From contig OX597829.1 of NCBI GenBank assembly GCA_951406725.2, forward strand, positions 21,762,001 to 21,826,000: DNA of 64,000 nucleotides. The letters run 5' to 3'. The DNA is from Octopus vulgaris. Taxonomy: Eukaryota. Positions 13,868 to 28,126 of this stretch are shown one piece after another. The translations under genes were made by a program, and so were the position numbers. Each line of letters opens with the position of its first letter. Position 1 is the first letter of the stretch. The notes under the pieces were generated by a model. The model was not told the origin of the DNA and did no database searches. It was given only the letters and a program-made list of their open reading frames with translations.

Positions 13868-13947
13868 CATCAGCAGTAAGATTTGAATCTACATGGGGAC
13901 CCCAGTGGGTTTCTAGTCCATCATCTTAACCAGTTGGCCATGACAAC
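13868..13947 (-). pseudogene. tRNA-Ser(AGA) pseudogene
   Basis: Reverse complement GTTGTCATGGCCAACTGGTTAAGATGATGGACTAGAAACCCACTGGGGTCCCCATGTAGATTCAAATCTTACTGCTGATG aligns end to end with eukaryotic tRNA-Ser(AGA), including the variable arm. The B box and stems carry many CpG-type mutations. Confidence 0.8.
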
Positions 13948-13976
13948 TCAATGATGTGTGTATATATATGTATGTA

Positions 13977-14015
<39 letters not shown>

Positions 14016-15929
14016 CGTTGCCTTAATGGCACTTGTGCGGATGGTATGTGAAAAAACATTTGAGCAAGGTCATTGCCAGTGCCACTGGACTAGCTACTGT
14101 GCAGGTGGCACGTAAAAAATACCATTTGAGCGTGGCCGCTGCCAGTACTACCTGACTGGCCCTCATGCCGGTGGCATGTAAAAGCACCCACTACACTCTA
14201 AGAGTGGTTGGCAATAGGAAGGGCATCCAGCTGTGGAAACTCTGCTAGATCAAGACTGGAGCTTGGTGCAGCCATCTGGTTCGCCAGTCTTCAGTCAAAT
14301 TGTACAAACCATGCTACCATAGAAAAGTGGACGTTAAACGATGATGATGATGATACACACACACACACACACACACACATGTAAAATCATTGTGATCCTC
14401 TTCTTCATGCTTGCATGGATCTCATAGAATTTATTGTGGTCAAAAGAAAGATACCCTTTCTGTCACCAGCTTTCACCTTGTTTCCAAGTAAGTTAATGCT
14501 TCTCGTGATCAGACATGTTTGCTACAGAAGACTTGAAACAAACAGCCTCACTTGAATGATGCTCATTTACAAGCATCTCAAAATGTCAACACAAAGTTAC
14601 ACACACACACACACACACACACACATATTTCCAACAGGCATTCACTCACAAGGCTTTAGTCGGGTTGGGACTACAGTAGAAGATATTTGCCCAAGGTGCC
14701 AAGCAGTGGGATTGAACCTGACACCTCACGAAGCTTCTCAATTTCACAACCATGCCAGCATCATTATCATTTAACATCTGCTTTCCACGCTGGCATGGGC
14801 TGGACAGTTTGACAAGAGCTGGTGAGACAGAAGGCTGTGCCAGCTTCTACTATCTATTTTGGCATGGTTTCTATGACTGGATGCCCTTCCTAACACCAAC
14901 TACTTTACAGTGTGTAGTAGGTGCTTTTCTATGTAACACCAGACTGGTAGTGAGGTCTCAAAGTAACTTGCAGACAAGACTCCTCTCTCTGAGTAAGTTG
15001 TACTGTTGAGGAAAGTGGATTTGTATCAGGTGAAGAGTGATAATAGGGTGTCAACATTCACACACACACATGCACACCACCACTACTAACACCACCACTG
15101 CCAACACCACCACCACCACTGCCAACGCCACCACCACTGCCAACACCACTACTGCCAAAATACCACTACTACCAAAATACCACTACCAACATCATCACTA
15201 CCAACACTACCATTACCAACACCACCACTGCCAACATCACCACTGCCAACACCACCATCACTACCAATGCCACCACCACTACCAATGCCACCACCACTAC
15301 CAACGCTACCACCAGTGGTTTAGCATCCACTTCTCCATGTTTGCATGGACCAGATGTTTATTAAGGCAGGTTTTCTACTGTCAGATGCCCTTCCTGTTGC
15401 CAGCCATCACTTGTTTCCAAGCCAGGCAATATTTTCCCATGACAGGATATGTGTGTAATAGAAGTACAGGAAAAGGAGCCTTGCAGTTGACGAGATTCAC
15501 AGGTACCCCTGTTGGGGAAAAGAGGGGAAATAGAGAGAAAGAGAGAAGACGATGAAGATGTGTTGGGGTGTATATATTATAAATGAAATGATACAGAGGA
15601 TAGGATAGGGTGAGTTGGTTGGTAAGCTTGTAAGAGTGCAAAAAGGAAAGTTGAAGGAAGATAGGTGGGGAGGGGAATGCAGTGAGTGGTGAACACAGGG
15701 TTGTAGGGAGGGGGAATGTTAGGAAGGTGAGTTACGGGAGAGTGATTTGTCAGTGAGTGTGTTTTGGCTCACTGTTTTTGTAAGTGAGATCTCTGTGGCT
15801 TCTGAAATCATTTGACTTCTATTTCTAGCAAAACTGGCACTCTTCCAGTACCATCATATTTTTTAAACTTGCTTGCACGGTTCACGCTTCGAATAGCTAC
15901 TATTAATTTTATTATTAATGATATACTTG

Positions 15930-15969
<40 letters not shown>

Positions 15970-16407
15970 TAAATTAGAGATAAAACCACTATTAGGCAAA
16001 TCAAACAATGAAAAACTTAAGTCAAAACATAAAATTAATTAATTTATATTATTTTAAATATATATCAAAAGTATTAAAAGTTTAATAAAAGATAATGAGT
16101 AAAACAATCTCTAATTTAATATTTTACTATAAAATTGGATTCAATCCTAAATCTGATTTTTCCCTGTAAGTTTGGATTTATTCCCTAATATTTTATTATA
16201 TATATATATATATATATACGCAAACATACATACATATACAGGCATGGTTGCGTAGTAAGAAACTTGCCTCCCAACCACATGATTCTGGATTTAGTCCTAT
16301 GTCTTTTACTATAATATCAGGCCGACCAAACCCTTTTGAGTGGATTTGTTATGTTTTGAGTTTGGCAGATTGTATTATCTTTAATTCCATTTCCCATCTA
16401 TTTTCAG

Positions 16408-17213
16408 AAATAAACTTGAGTTGAAGAACAATTTTTTAGAGTGCATTGATCCTTGTGAGAAGGTTACTGTGCAGATTGAAAATATTAATGAAAGTTGCCA
16501 CGAGGTGAAAGCTGAGGCTAACATAAACCATGATCAGTACAGCAATGAACCTGTGACTCTGGTACAGCCAAACTGGGATCTCTCTACTACTGGTTCTCAG
16601 GCCAGATTGGTTGACCAGGAAAGTGGAGAGACAGCTGAATTACTAATAAGCCTACAACACTACCAGGCAGACGATCGTGCTATGTCTGGCAGTGTTTCTA
16701 ATGAAAGTCATTCCCAAGAGTGTAAAAGAACTACAATATCTAATGGTAGTGATGATGATGATGATGGTGATGAGGATGATGGTGGTGGTAGTGGTGGTTG
16801 CCAAGACGATGCCTCCACTGCTGAGGACTCTGTAAAAGAAGAAACAGCAAAAGAAGAACTTGCAAAAGAAGAACTTGCAAAAGAACAGTTGATTGATTCT
16901 AGTATTGAAGATGAAATCGCAACAATATCAGAACAGCCTGCTGCTGTTGTCCCAGTTTGTAATTTGTTAAGTTCTCCAGTTTTAAATTCTGAAAAAAATA
17001 TAGATGTTGCAGAGAAAATAGAGAATTCTGTTCAACCAAATGGTGAAGAAAATATTCTAGAAGAATTTGTAGTTGAGTCATCTGAGTGTAAAGAACAAGA
17101 TACAAATGGAACCAAGAAAAGTGATATAAAATCTAATTTACCTGAAGAAAGTGAACCAAAACGTAAAAGAAGAAATGATGTTTGGCTCAGTAGAATTCAA
17201 GATGCTGATTTTG
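16408..17213 (+). CDS. C2H2 zinc-finger protein, coding exon 2 (acidic low-complexity region, PKRKRR NLS-like motif)
   Basis: Acceptor TTTTCAG|A (phase 2), an 806-nt open frame, donor G|GTAAGT at 17214 (phase 1). Confidence 0.88.
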
Positions 17214-18062
17214 GTAAGTTCCTGAATATTTGATTCTTAACTATTTTTATTTAAACTGTCTTCCTTTGTCCTTTGTTATCAGTTTTTTTCTAATGTGTCT
17301 TGCATCTTTTCAATCATTTAACATTATGCAGTTTTTTTGGGGGGGGCGGGGGTTGTAATAATTCTTTATAAGTTTTAACTTCATTTTATTGACATAGGCA
17401 TGACTCTGGTCAAGAATATAGCTTTGGGGGTCAGTCTCACTGCATGGCATCTTAAGCAAAGAGTTTTCTCTGAATCAACCAAAGCCTTGAGAATGGATTT
17501 TGGTAAATGGATAAAACCCGTCCACCTCAACAGAATTGCAATCTTGAAATGAAGGTGACTTGTAAAAAGCACTGGTGATGGTGCCATGTAAAAAGCATCC
17601 AGTACATACTGGCATTAGGAAGGGCATCTAGCTGTAGAAACCAAGCCTGTAGTTCCCAAAGCATCAAGTGCCGAAAATGAACTTTCTTATCTTCTATTTT
17701 AAATGGTTACAGAATTAACACAGGTTATAGGAACATAATCTTCTTCCACGAAAAGATAGCTTAAACTGTGCTCTAAATGGAGGTGTAGTCAAATCCTATT
17801 TTATGGACTCAACCATGTTCTAAAATAAGTCGAAAAGTAAGCTACTATATATCGGCACAAACTTTCCTGTCAACCCAATACTTAAAAATATGATACAAGG
17901 TAGCATTACCAAAGTCCCCAGTTATTTTATTTGTGCATATCTGTCAGAAATTTATAAGCCAAAAATTCTTCAGTTACTTAGAGCTCATAGATTTTGAAGC
18001 AAAAGGTCCCTTGTGTGTATTTTATTCTTTCAGTCTAGTTGCCATTAATGATGAGAACCTCA

Positions 18063-18235
18063 TATGGGGGAATACTGAAAAGTTCCTGGCTTTGGGTAAA
18101 AGAAAATACATATTCCCCTTTCAGATTCACACTCGTATTGCAGTGGTCCTTCAGTTTTTCTAAGTCCTGTAAAAGAACTTAGGTGGGGCTTCTATCATAC
18201 TCTTAAAACCAGGAACTTCTCAGCACCCACTAGTA
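18063..18235. mobile_element. Mariner-type MITE
   Basis: Decayed inverted ends ...CTGAAAAGTTCCTGG / CCAGGAACTTCTCAG..., with TA at the borders. Confidence 0.6.
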
Positions 18236-18716
18236 TATCTTGTGCTTATACTTTCAGTTCAGTTTTGCACATGAAATGCATCATTGCTGTACAGTATCAT
18301 GCATTCCTGGGTATGTGGATGTTTGAAAATACCTCACAGAGCGACAATTGTTCCTTGCATAGTTATGGGCTGCCCTTTGGCATGAGAGAAGACTGTGTTG
18401 ATACTGACATGTGACATTTCTGAATTACAGCAATAAGATAAAGAAATACCAAATGATCCAAATGGAAGTTTACTTGTGTGAGAGGAAGACATAGGGATGA
18501 AGTGGTGAAAGCTGATCTGAAGAAAGATTGAACCTCATGGTAAAGAGATGATAGATGATGCTGTGCTAGAGTAAGTTATGTCCAACACACATAAGTGGTG
18601 AGAGTAGCTATAAAGAATGAAATGCTGTGCAAAGCTGTGGGGTCAGTGTTGGTAAAAATGTAAAAAATTAATATTTATTAAAATTTCCAATTCTGCAGAC
18701 AGTAATGTGACTATTT

Positions 18717-19719
18717 GCTGCACCGAAAATAATCAAATCAGATTCTATGAAGAAGGGTCTGGTAGAATTAATTCATTGTTATTATCATCATCATCATTTA
18801 ACGTCCATTTTCCATGCTGGCATGGGTTAGACAGTTAGTCAGGGCCTAGCTAGGCAAAAGACTGCCCCAGGTTTCACTGTTTGTTTTTGCTTACAGAGTG
18901 GACAGTGCTTTTTACGTGGCACCAACACTGGCGAAATTTGTTTTGTTATGGTTTTTACAGCTGGATGCCCTTCTAAATACCAACCACTTTACAGTGTGAA
19001 CTGGATGCATCAGCACTGGCAGGGTCACCAAGTAACTTGCAAGACAAAGACCCTTTGAGATCCTGTTTCTAAAATGTTATTAAAATTTGGATTTATATTT
19101 TTAATTTAACCCCTCTTCTATAGATATAGTGTTTTTCATTATAACTTTTAAAAGGATAATATTTTCCAATATTTTACAGAATGATTTTTATTTCATTTAA
19201 TGTAAGTTTTCATGTTACATTCACTTCAATTCTCTATATTTCAATGATACTTTAATCTTAAAACAAAAGGGTTACATATATCTGATTTTATTCTCTTAAG
19301 CCTTTAGTATTTAAACCAGCCATATCCTGCCCAAATATTCTGCTTGTTTTATGTTCAAATCACCCAAATCCAGCTTCTCACACCTACCCTACAATGTCCT
19401 AAAACTAAGCAATCACATCATTAAAATCTCAAAGCTATTAGCTGCACCGAAAATAATCAAATCAGATTCTATGAAGAAGGGTCTGGTAGAATTAATTCAT
19501 TGTTATCATCATCATCATCATTTAACGTCCATTTTCCATGCTGGCGTGGGTTAGACAGTTAGTCAGGGCCTAGCTAGGCAAAAGACTGCCCCAGATTTCA
19601 CTGTTTGTTTTTGCTTACAGAGTGGACAGTGCTTTTTACGTGGCACCAACACTGGCGAAATTTGTTTTGTCATGGTTTTTACAGCTGGATGCCCTTCAAA
19701 ATACCAACCACTTTACAGT
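18717..19719 (+). repeat. Near-identical ~280-bp direct duplication (18717-18995 and 19441-19719)
   Basis: Both copies run GCTGCACCGAAAATAATCAAATCAG...CCACTTTACAGT with only a few substitutions. Confidence 0.92.
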
Positions 19720-21972
19720 ACACTCGCTGAGTGGTTGGCGTTAGGAAGAGCATCCAGCCGTAGAAATTCTGCCAGATCAGACTGGAGTCTGGAGCAGCCC
19801 CTGGCTTCCCCAGACCCCGGTCGAACCGTCCAACCCGTGCTAGTGTGGAAAACGGACGTTAAACGATGATGATGATGATGATGATTAGATTTTGGGAGAG
19901 AGGACTAGTCAATTACATCGACTCCAGTATTTCACTGGTACTTCTGTAAGGGTGAAAGACAGTTGACCTCAGTGGGATTTAATATTAGAATGTAGCAACA
20001 GACAAAATGCTGCTAAGCATTTCACCTGGCATGCTAACAATTCTGCCAACTCACTGCCTTTTTAACAATAATAATAATAATACTAATAATGATACTGTTT
20101 ACTATGGGTACAAGGCATGAAATTTTAGGGGAGGAAACAAGTTGATTACACTAACATGAGTACTTAACTAGTACTTATTTTATCAACCATGAAAGGCAAA
20201 GTCGACCTCTGCAGAATGTAAACACAAGATGAAATGCCCTTAATAGCAATAATCTTTTTTACTGCAGGCATAAGACCTGAAACTTTGGAGGAGGGGAGGG
20301 CTAGTTATTTACATTGACCCCCTCCAGTGCTCAGCTGGTGCTTATTTCATTCACTCTGCAAGGATGAAAGGCAGTTGACCTAAGCAGAATTTGAACTCGG
20401 AATATAATGATGGATGAAATGCCCTTAATAATAGTAAAAATAATAATAACTGCCCTGATGCAGTACCAGACAGTGGCTCTCATGGCTGCTGATCTTAAAT
20501 GATTGGAAGTGTTATCATGTACATTGTCTTGTTTTGGTATAAAAGATGGGCTACAGCAAATATTCTGCTCAATACTACAGATTTGCTTGTCAGTTGTTTG
20601 ACCTTAACCAGTTGAGCATGTCCCTTAGTGGCTGACGATATGTGCATCTCTGATCATGTGCAGAAGTAGTGGGGGAGCATCATAGCCATGTGTTGAGAGG
20701 GATTCTTTGGGGTTTAGATAATTTACCCTTGGAAACATGGGTGTTTTGTTCATCATCTGTAAACAACCCTTATTCAGGAACCATTCGAACCAGATGGGCT
20801 ACTTGACCTGAAGAAAATTCTGGGCCCCACCTGCAAGGTCATGTCATGCATTGTTTATCTTGATATGAGATCACCATGTCATGAACATATGGTTGTGATG
20901 CATGTGCCTGGTGTACCCTTAGCAGATGGGTAGTCATGATGGGTATATTGGGCTTTGATAGCATGCACTGCTCTCTCACTCAATAATAATAGTTTCTGAT
21001 TTAGGCACATAGCTAAAATTTTTTAGATGTAGGGTTTAGTTGACCCCCACCACTAAACATTCAGACTGATACTTTATTTCATTGACGTCACAGTGAGGAA
21101 AGGCAAAGACTTGAACTCAGAACACAAAGGACTCGAACAACTATGTCAAGGCATTTTCCCAACACTCTAATGATTCTTGCAATACATTGCTTTTAATAAT
21201 AATAATAAGCCTTTCTACTAAAGGCACAAGGCCTGAAATTTTGGGGGAGAGAACTGATCAATTTCATCAACTCCAGTGTCTCACTGGTCCTTAATTTATT
21301 GACCCTGAAAGGACAAAAGACAATCAACCTCAGCAGAATTTGAAGTCAGACCATGAAGATGGATGATTCTGCCAACTTGCTGCCTTAACAACAACAACAA
21401 ATGTAATAATGAAATGAACTGTTTTGATGTTATCACAAGTAGTCCACCTACTCATTACCAACTATAAGGCTGCAATCTGGCAGAATCGTTAGCACACTGG
21501 GCAAAATATTTGGCAGCATTTGGTCCATCTTCATGTTCTGAGTTTAAATTCTGCTGAGATCGACTTTACCTTTCATCCTTCTGGGGTTGATAAAATAAGT
21601 ACCTGTTGAACACTGAGGTTGATGTAAGCAACTGGCGCCCTCCCCCAAACCTGCTGGCCTTGTGCTAAAATCTGAAATCAGTATTACCAACTATGTAACT
21701 CATATTATTAATACTTTAGAGTTTATGGAGATTAGTTTATTACTATGTTCCTAAATTAGATATTCCATAATTCAACATATGATAACTTCAGTTCCATCCC
21801 GTTAATACCATTTTCTGCTATTTCTGTTTTGAAATTTAAACACATGTAATAAATTCCTTCTCTTTGTAATGGTTATTGGTGTATTTGTAAAAACTTATTT
21901 CAAATTTCTTTGAACAGTAAGCTGACAAATTCTTTAATTTCTTTCTTTCTTTCTTTTTTTTACATTTTTCAG

Positions 21973-22967
21973 AGGAACGCCATTACAAATGCAGTTATTG
22001 TTCTGCTGCTTTTTTTCACCCTCACCATTTGCAGCGCCATGAAAAGCAACTTCATAAATTAGGGAAAGAAGTGAAACCAAACCAGTGTAAAGACTGCTTT
22101 AAGACATTTGCAACTCTGTTGACATTGAAATTCCATCAAGATTTTGCATGCAGGATGGTGCGACGCCCTCACCGTTGTTCACTGTGCCAACTTGGTTTTA
22201 AATCTTCTGAAGAGGTACGTGACCACAAATGCAGCAGTAATCCATCAAAGCCACTTTGTTGCTTACAATGTGATTATCGGACAGGATCACCGCGGGATTT
22301 GGAACATCATCTAAGAATTCACACTGGGGAAAGATGCTACAAATGTGATCTTTGTGATTTTCGGACTGCATGGAAGAAAAACCTTAAAGAGCATGTTCTT
22401 AAACATTCTGGATTGAAACCATTTGTTTGTCAAGTTTGCAATTTTGCTACTAATGACAAAAGTAACCTTAGGTCGCATCTTGCGAAACATTCAGAAAATC
22501 GTCCTAACCTTTGCCATACATGTGGCTCATCATTCCGCGAGGCACGTTCCTTAAAGTCTCACATGCTTTCCCATAGTGACGTGAAAGTCTACAAGTGCTC
22601 GTCTTGTGATTGTTCTACTCGTTACAAATCTTCATTAAAAGCACATGTACGATCTCATCATGGAGGAGGAGCAGAGAAAGAGATTGTAAATTATAATACA
22701 GACAATAGTGGAGATATTGAAAATAAAGTACAAGAGGTTAATGAGATCTATGTGGAGACAATGGACATCACTAATGACAACTTTGACGAGAAACAGTATT
22801 ATATGTGTCAAGAGTGTAGCTATGTTATTGATGACAAAGCCATCTTTGACTCTCACACCTGTTTTTCTTCTCCTCTCTCTCAAACAGCTACGTCTCTTCT
22901 GGATGGTGGAATGGTTATCCAGATCATAGAAAATCCTTCAGATTTGTCTCCTGTTCTTCAAAAATAA
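21973..22967 (+). CDS. C2H2 zinc-finger protein, terminal coding exon (about 9 fingers)
   Basis: Long polypyrimidine acceptor TTTTTCAG|AG (phase 1). Fingers CSYC..H..H, CKDC, CSLC, CLQC, CDLC, CQVC, CHTC, CSSC, CQEC with HTGER/HSGLKP linkers; stop at 22965-67. Spliced CDS 1929 nt = 642 aa plus stop. Confidence 0.95.
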
Positions 22968-24017
22968 TAACTTAATTTTCACTTTATTTTTCAATTAACT
23001 TTCATATAAAATGATATAATTTCCTAATCCTGCCACATTTGTTAACTGTATCTGTTGCAAAAGTATTTAATCTTTGTGGAGAATTTGAGATGTTGATTAT
23101 CAGAGTTATTAAGATTAGAATATGATTAAGATATCTCTGTATTGTGATTGTTTAATCAATGGAAAACAATATCATTGCCATCTTCATCATTAGCACCATC
23201 TTATTATTATCATTTGGTATAGACCTGTCGTTGAAAGTTTGCTTCCTGACCAATGATGCTGGGTTCACTCTCATTGTGGGGCACATTGAGCAAGTGTTTT
23301 CTGTTATAGCTTGAAGCCAACCAAAGTCTTGAGTGTATGTGTGTCTTTGTCTTGACATTATGCAACAGGTGTAACTACCAATCTTATCAATGTACTTTTG
23401 TTTCCAATCTTGTGTAAACATGTCCAGTTCTGAGGATGTATTACTTTCAAATTTTGGCTCAAGGCCAACAACTTCAGAGTGGTGGTGCTGCTGCTGCTGG
23501 AGGGTTAAGTTGATTACATCAACCCCAGTACTCAACTGGTACTTATGTTATCAACTCCAAAAGGACGAAATGCAAAGGATGAATTAGAACTCAGAACGTA
23601 TGAATGGACGAAATGTTGCTAAGTATTTTGCCTGATATGCTAAAGATTCTGCCAGATTGCTGTCTTTAATATTTGGCACAAGGCCAGCCATTTCAGGGGA
23701 GAGGTTAAGTCGATTACATCGACCCTAGTGCTCAACTGGTACTTATTTTATTGACCTTGAAATGACAAAAGGTAAAGTCGACTTTGGTGGAATTTGATCT
23801 TAGAACAGGGAAGATGGCTGAAATATCACTAAGCATTTTGCCTGGCATGCTAATGATTCTACCAGCTTGCCATCTTGCTTTGTGGGATGTAGTTACTTCA
23901 AAAAAGTCAGGAAAGACAGAAAAATGACAGGAAAGACATCCAATTATAGAAAATCTGCCTCAACATCTTTCCTCTCATTCATTCAAGCATGAGAAAGTGG
24001 ATGCTAAAATGATGATT

Positions 24018-24052
<35 letters not shown>

Positions 24053-24639
24053 GATGATGATGATGATGATATGATGGGCTTTTTCAGTTTCCGTCTACCA
24101 AATCTACTCACAAGGGTTTGGTCGGCCCAGGTCTGTAGTAGAAGACACTTGCCTAAGGTGCCATGCAGCGGAACTGAACTCGGAACTAACCATATGGTTG
24201 GGAAGCAAGCTTCTTACCACACAGCCAACTCTTCCTCAATTCAGTTATTTTCCACACCATCCCCTATATGCATGTGTGAGGTCACTGCTTTCAGATCTAA
24301 TCTTACTATTACTTCATAGGTCCTGTTTATATCCATCTCTATTATAGGTATCTTCTACCAACAACTCAACAACTCACAGTACTTTCTCCACTTGTCCTGT
24401 ATTGGTTGTCATTCGTTGAAACAGATTTTCTATAACTTGTTTTAACCCTTTAGTATTTAAACTAGTGATAGCTGGCTGAAATATTCTACCTGTTTTATGT
24501 TCAAACCAACTGGATTGGGTCTCTCACACAGTACAATGGCATTCAAAAAATTTACTATCACATTAACAAAATCTCGATGGTACAAGATGATACTTGATTA
24601 GTTCAAAACAATATCAATAAATAGTTATAATACAATTTT

Positions 24640-26186
24640 AGATGTGTAGATTTGTGCTGCCTCCAAGAAGTAAGGTGGAGAGGAGGCTCCGCTAGGTTTC
24701 TTACAGGCAAAGAATACAGGTACAAGATGTTTTGAGCAGGGAACACTGACAGGGTTGGGGTTGTTGGTATACTTGCAGAGAAATGGGTTGATAAGGTAAT
24801 CAAGGTAGTCAGAGTATGCGATAGAATACTTAAGATTAGATTAGTGCTTCATCATGGATTAGCAACTATTATCTCAGCCTATGCCCCTCAGCCGGGGCTA
24901 CCTGATGGACAGAAAACCTGATTTTATGACACCCTCTTGCAGACTACCTCGACGAATGACAGGGACCATCTCTTTGTAGCTGATGACTTCAATGGACGTG
25001 TTAGACAACATGGTGTACATAGAGGCTATGGTTTTGGTTCCCACAATTAAGAGGGTACCAGGCTGCTGGAGTTATGCAATGCAAATGATCTAATGGTTTG
25101 CAATACTAACTTCAGGAAACCTGCCAGTCACTTACCATTCTGGCAGACACAGTAGCCAAATTGACTACATCATCGCCAGAAAAAGGGAAAGATGGCTGCT
25201 TATAAATGCCAAAACCTTCCCAGGCAAAGAATGTATCCCACAACATAGACTAGTAGTTAGCGACTTCAGGATCAGGGCTAAATGGATGCCCAGAAGACGA
25301 CCAGTATGGTGGAGAAGGGTCTGGAAGCTTAAAGATCCTGTGAATTGACAGAGATTTAGAGATGTATTACTCAAAGCCTTTGACAAAATAGAAGGGGATA
25401 TAGCATCACATGGTGTGGAAGACAACTAGAGGTTTCTACAGGACAACCTGCTGAGGGCCACTGACCAGATCTGTTGATGGTGCAAAGTCCCTTCTCGACC
25501 CAAGGTAACGTGGTAGTGGAACAATGTTGGTGATAGGGCTATTAGAGAAAGGAAACAGGCTTGGAAGGACTGGAAGAACGGTGGTAGCAAGGAATTGTAT
25601 CAGACTGCCAGAAGGGAGGCTAGGAGACAGGTTTATTTAGCCAGAGAGGAAGCAGATAAGAAAAATTTTGCCAATGTTCTGTGCTGTGAGGACCAAAGTC
25701 TTGAGGTATTTTGTGTTGCAAGACAGTGTGTGAGAGAGAATCATGATAACGTAGGAGAGAAATGTATCCACATGGATAATGGTTCACTTGCACTAAACGA
25801 GGTTGCAAAGAGAGAGGTTTGGAGATGCCACTATGAAAGGTTGCTGAATAAAGAGAATGAATGGGAGAAAGAGTGTGTGCTGAATGCCAACCCAACAGAG
25901 GGTCCAGCTATCTGAATTGACAGCACCTTGGTAGATAAAATAATTAAGGGTATGAAGATAGGGAAAGCCCCCAACCCATCAGGAATCACTGCAGAGATGC
26001 TCAAAATATCTGGCGGTGTCGGCTATAGCCTGATCACATGTATAGTTAACCAAGTAATACATGAAGGAGACATACCCAATGACTGGTGTAGCAGCTTAAT
26101 AGTCAACTGCTACAAAGGTAAAGGTGACGCTTAGATACAAATAATTACAGAGGTATTAAGTTGTTGGATCAGGTAATGAAGGTCAT
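24640..26186 (+). mobile_element. RTE-clade LINE fragment (AP endonuclease, linker, start of RT), degraded
   Basis: Reads VDLCCLQEVRWRG...SAYAPQ...DFNGRV...IDYII...KAPNPSGITAEMLK...NCYKGKGDA with several stops. Same family as 40390-42905. Confidence 0.92.
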
Positions 26187-26360
26187 CTCCATTTTGGAAT
26201 CTTTTTAAGTGGATTGCTTAAAGAATTGTGGATATCCTTTCCACATAAAACCATTATTAATTTTGTGTGTATGTATACATGCATGCAAGCATTCTCACTC
26301 ATATATATATATATCACAACTAATCATACACATGTTAATACATGAGCAGACACATGTTAA

Positions 26361-26395
<35 letters not shown>

Positions 26396-27911
26396 TTTCA
26401 TTTGTTTTTATTGTATTAATTGGACTGCAGGTACACTGGAGCATCACCTTGAAGGGTTTCAGTCAAATCTATCCAGTACTTATTCTATTCTGTTGGTCTC
26501 TTTTGCCAAACCACTAAGGTATGGCAATGTAAACAAACCAACACCAGCTGACAAGCAATGTATATGTATGTATGCATGGATGTATGTATGATGGTATCAA
26601 ACAGTGAGAATTAGTGCTTAACACTGCATCTGGTAGGTAAATATTCCTTATTTGGAGCTTAACAAAGCTACCAATAGTATTATGCAGAATGGGCATACAA
26701 TTCTTAAAGAAGTCCACTTAAAAAATACTTCAAAATGAAGATGATTACTAGATTTTTATGTGGGCTGATTCTAGAATTGTGGATATCCCTTCCACATGAA
26801 ACCATTGGTAGATCTGTTGTTAATCCACAGATAAAGTATGTATGCATGCATGTATCTATGTGTGTGTGCATACATGAGATTCTTTCAAGACTCCATCTGC
26901 CAAATCTACTTACAAGACTTTGGTCAGCCTGGTGCTACTGTAGAAGACACTTACCCAAGGTGTCATACAGTGAGACAATCCAAAATCATATGGTTCCACA
27001 CAGGTTTAACCTAGTATATTCCACTGATGAAACATTGGTCAATATGAAGCTGTTTTAAGACACTTGCCAAAGGTGTGAATTAGAAGGATTCAAACCATAA
27101 ACCACATGATTGTGAAGCAAATTGCTTAACCATACATCCCTGTCTGTACCCAATCATTCTGCCCCAGGGTTATATACTCCACTTGAATTCTACACTCCCC
27201 ATTGTTTTTCCTGCAGCCACTGATCTATAGCTCAAATTTGGTAATACCAGTTTAAGGGACGGTGATTGAAATAATCCTTTCTACTATGGAATATGTGGGG
27301 AGGGAGATAGTCAATTACATTGACCCAGTACTTAACTGGTACTTAATTTATTGAGAATGAACGGTAAAGTTGACCTCAGCAGAATTTGAACTCAGAATGT
27401 TGTTGCAGATGAAATACTGCTAAGCATTGCAACTGAAATAATGATCAATGATACTCATCACCATCTTCATTTAATGTCCACTCTCCACACTTGTATGGGT
27501 TGGATGCTTTGACCAGAACCAGCAAGCATGAAAGTTGCACCAGGTTTCAGTCTGATGGCTTGATTTCTATGGCTAGATACCCTTCCTAATGCCAACTGCT
27601 TTACAGTGTGTGCTATGTCCTTTTTTTATGAGGTGCAGGCACAGGTGCTTTTATGTGGCACCAGCATGGGTACTTTTTATGTGACACAGGTGCTTTCAAC
27701 GTGGTGCTGGCATGGGTGCTTTCAATGTGTGATACTGGCACAAGACTTTTGTAGGCCAATCCTCTTCAGCAATGGATGTGGCAATAAATTTTCTGCTCTG
27801 GAGGACAGGTCTTCTTATGTACAGCAAGATGCCTAAGACATTCTAGTTAATAAAAGAAACTCCTTTTTTCCTGTCCAAAGATATCAACAACATTGAAACT
27901 CTGTTCTTTAA

Positions 27912-28126
27912 CCCTTTCGTTACTGTATTTATTTTGAGATGCTCTGTGTTTCTTTTAATTAATTTTAAATACAACCAAGAATTTAGTAAAATAACTTAGT
28001 TATCATTAAGCTAGTGTTAGGAACATAAATTGTGACTAAGGTTTGGTGGAAGATTTTAATTCAAAACTTATGAAAATAAGACATTTGTACTCAAAGCCGG
28101 TTTCAGCCGGGCTGGTAATGAAAGGG
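27912..28126. mobile_element. piggyBac-type MITE
   Basis: TTAA|CCCTTTCGTTAC ... GTAATGAAAGGG|TTAA: terminal inverted repeats with a TTAA target-site duplication. Confidence 0.85.

Noticed and set aside
27020-27060. CTGATGA...GAAG hammerhead-like motif
   Set aside because: GAAA box mutated, no stem I, single copy; could be chance.
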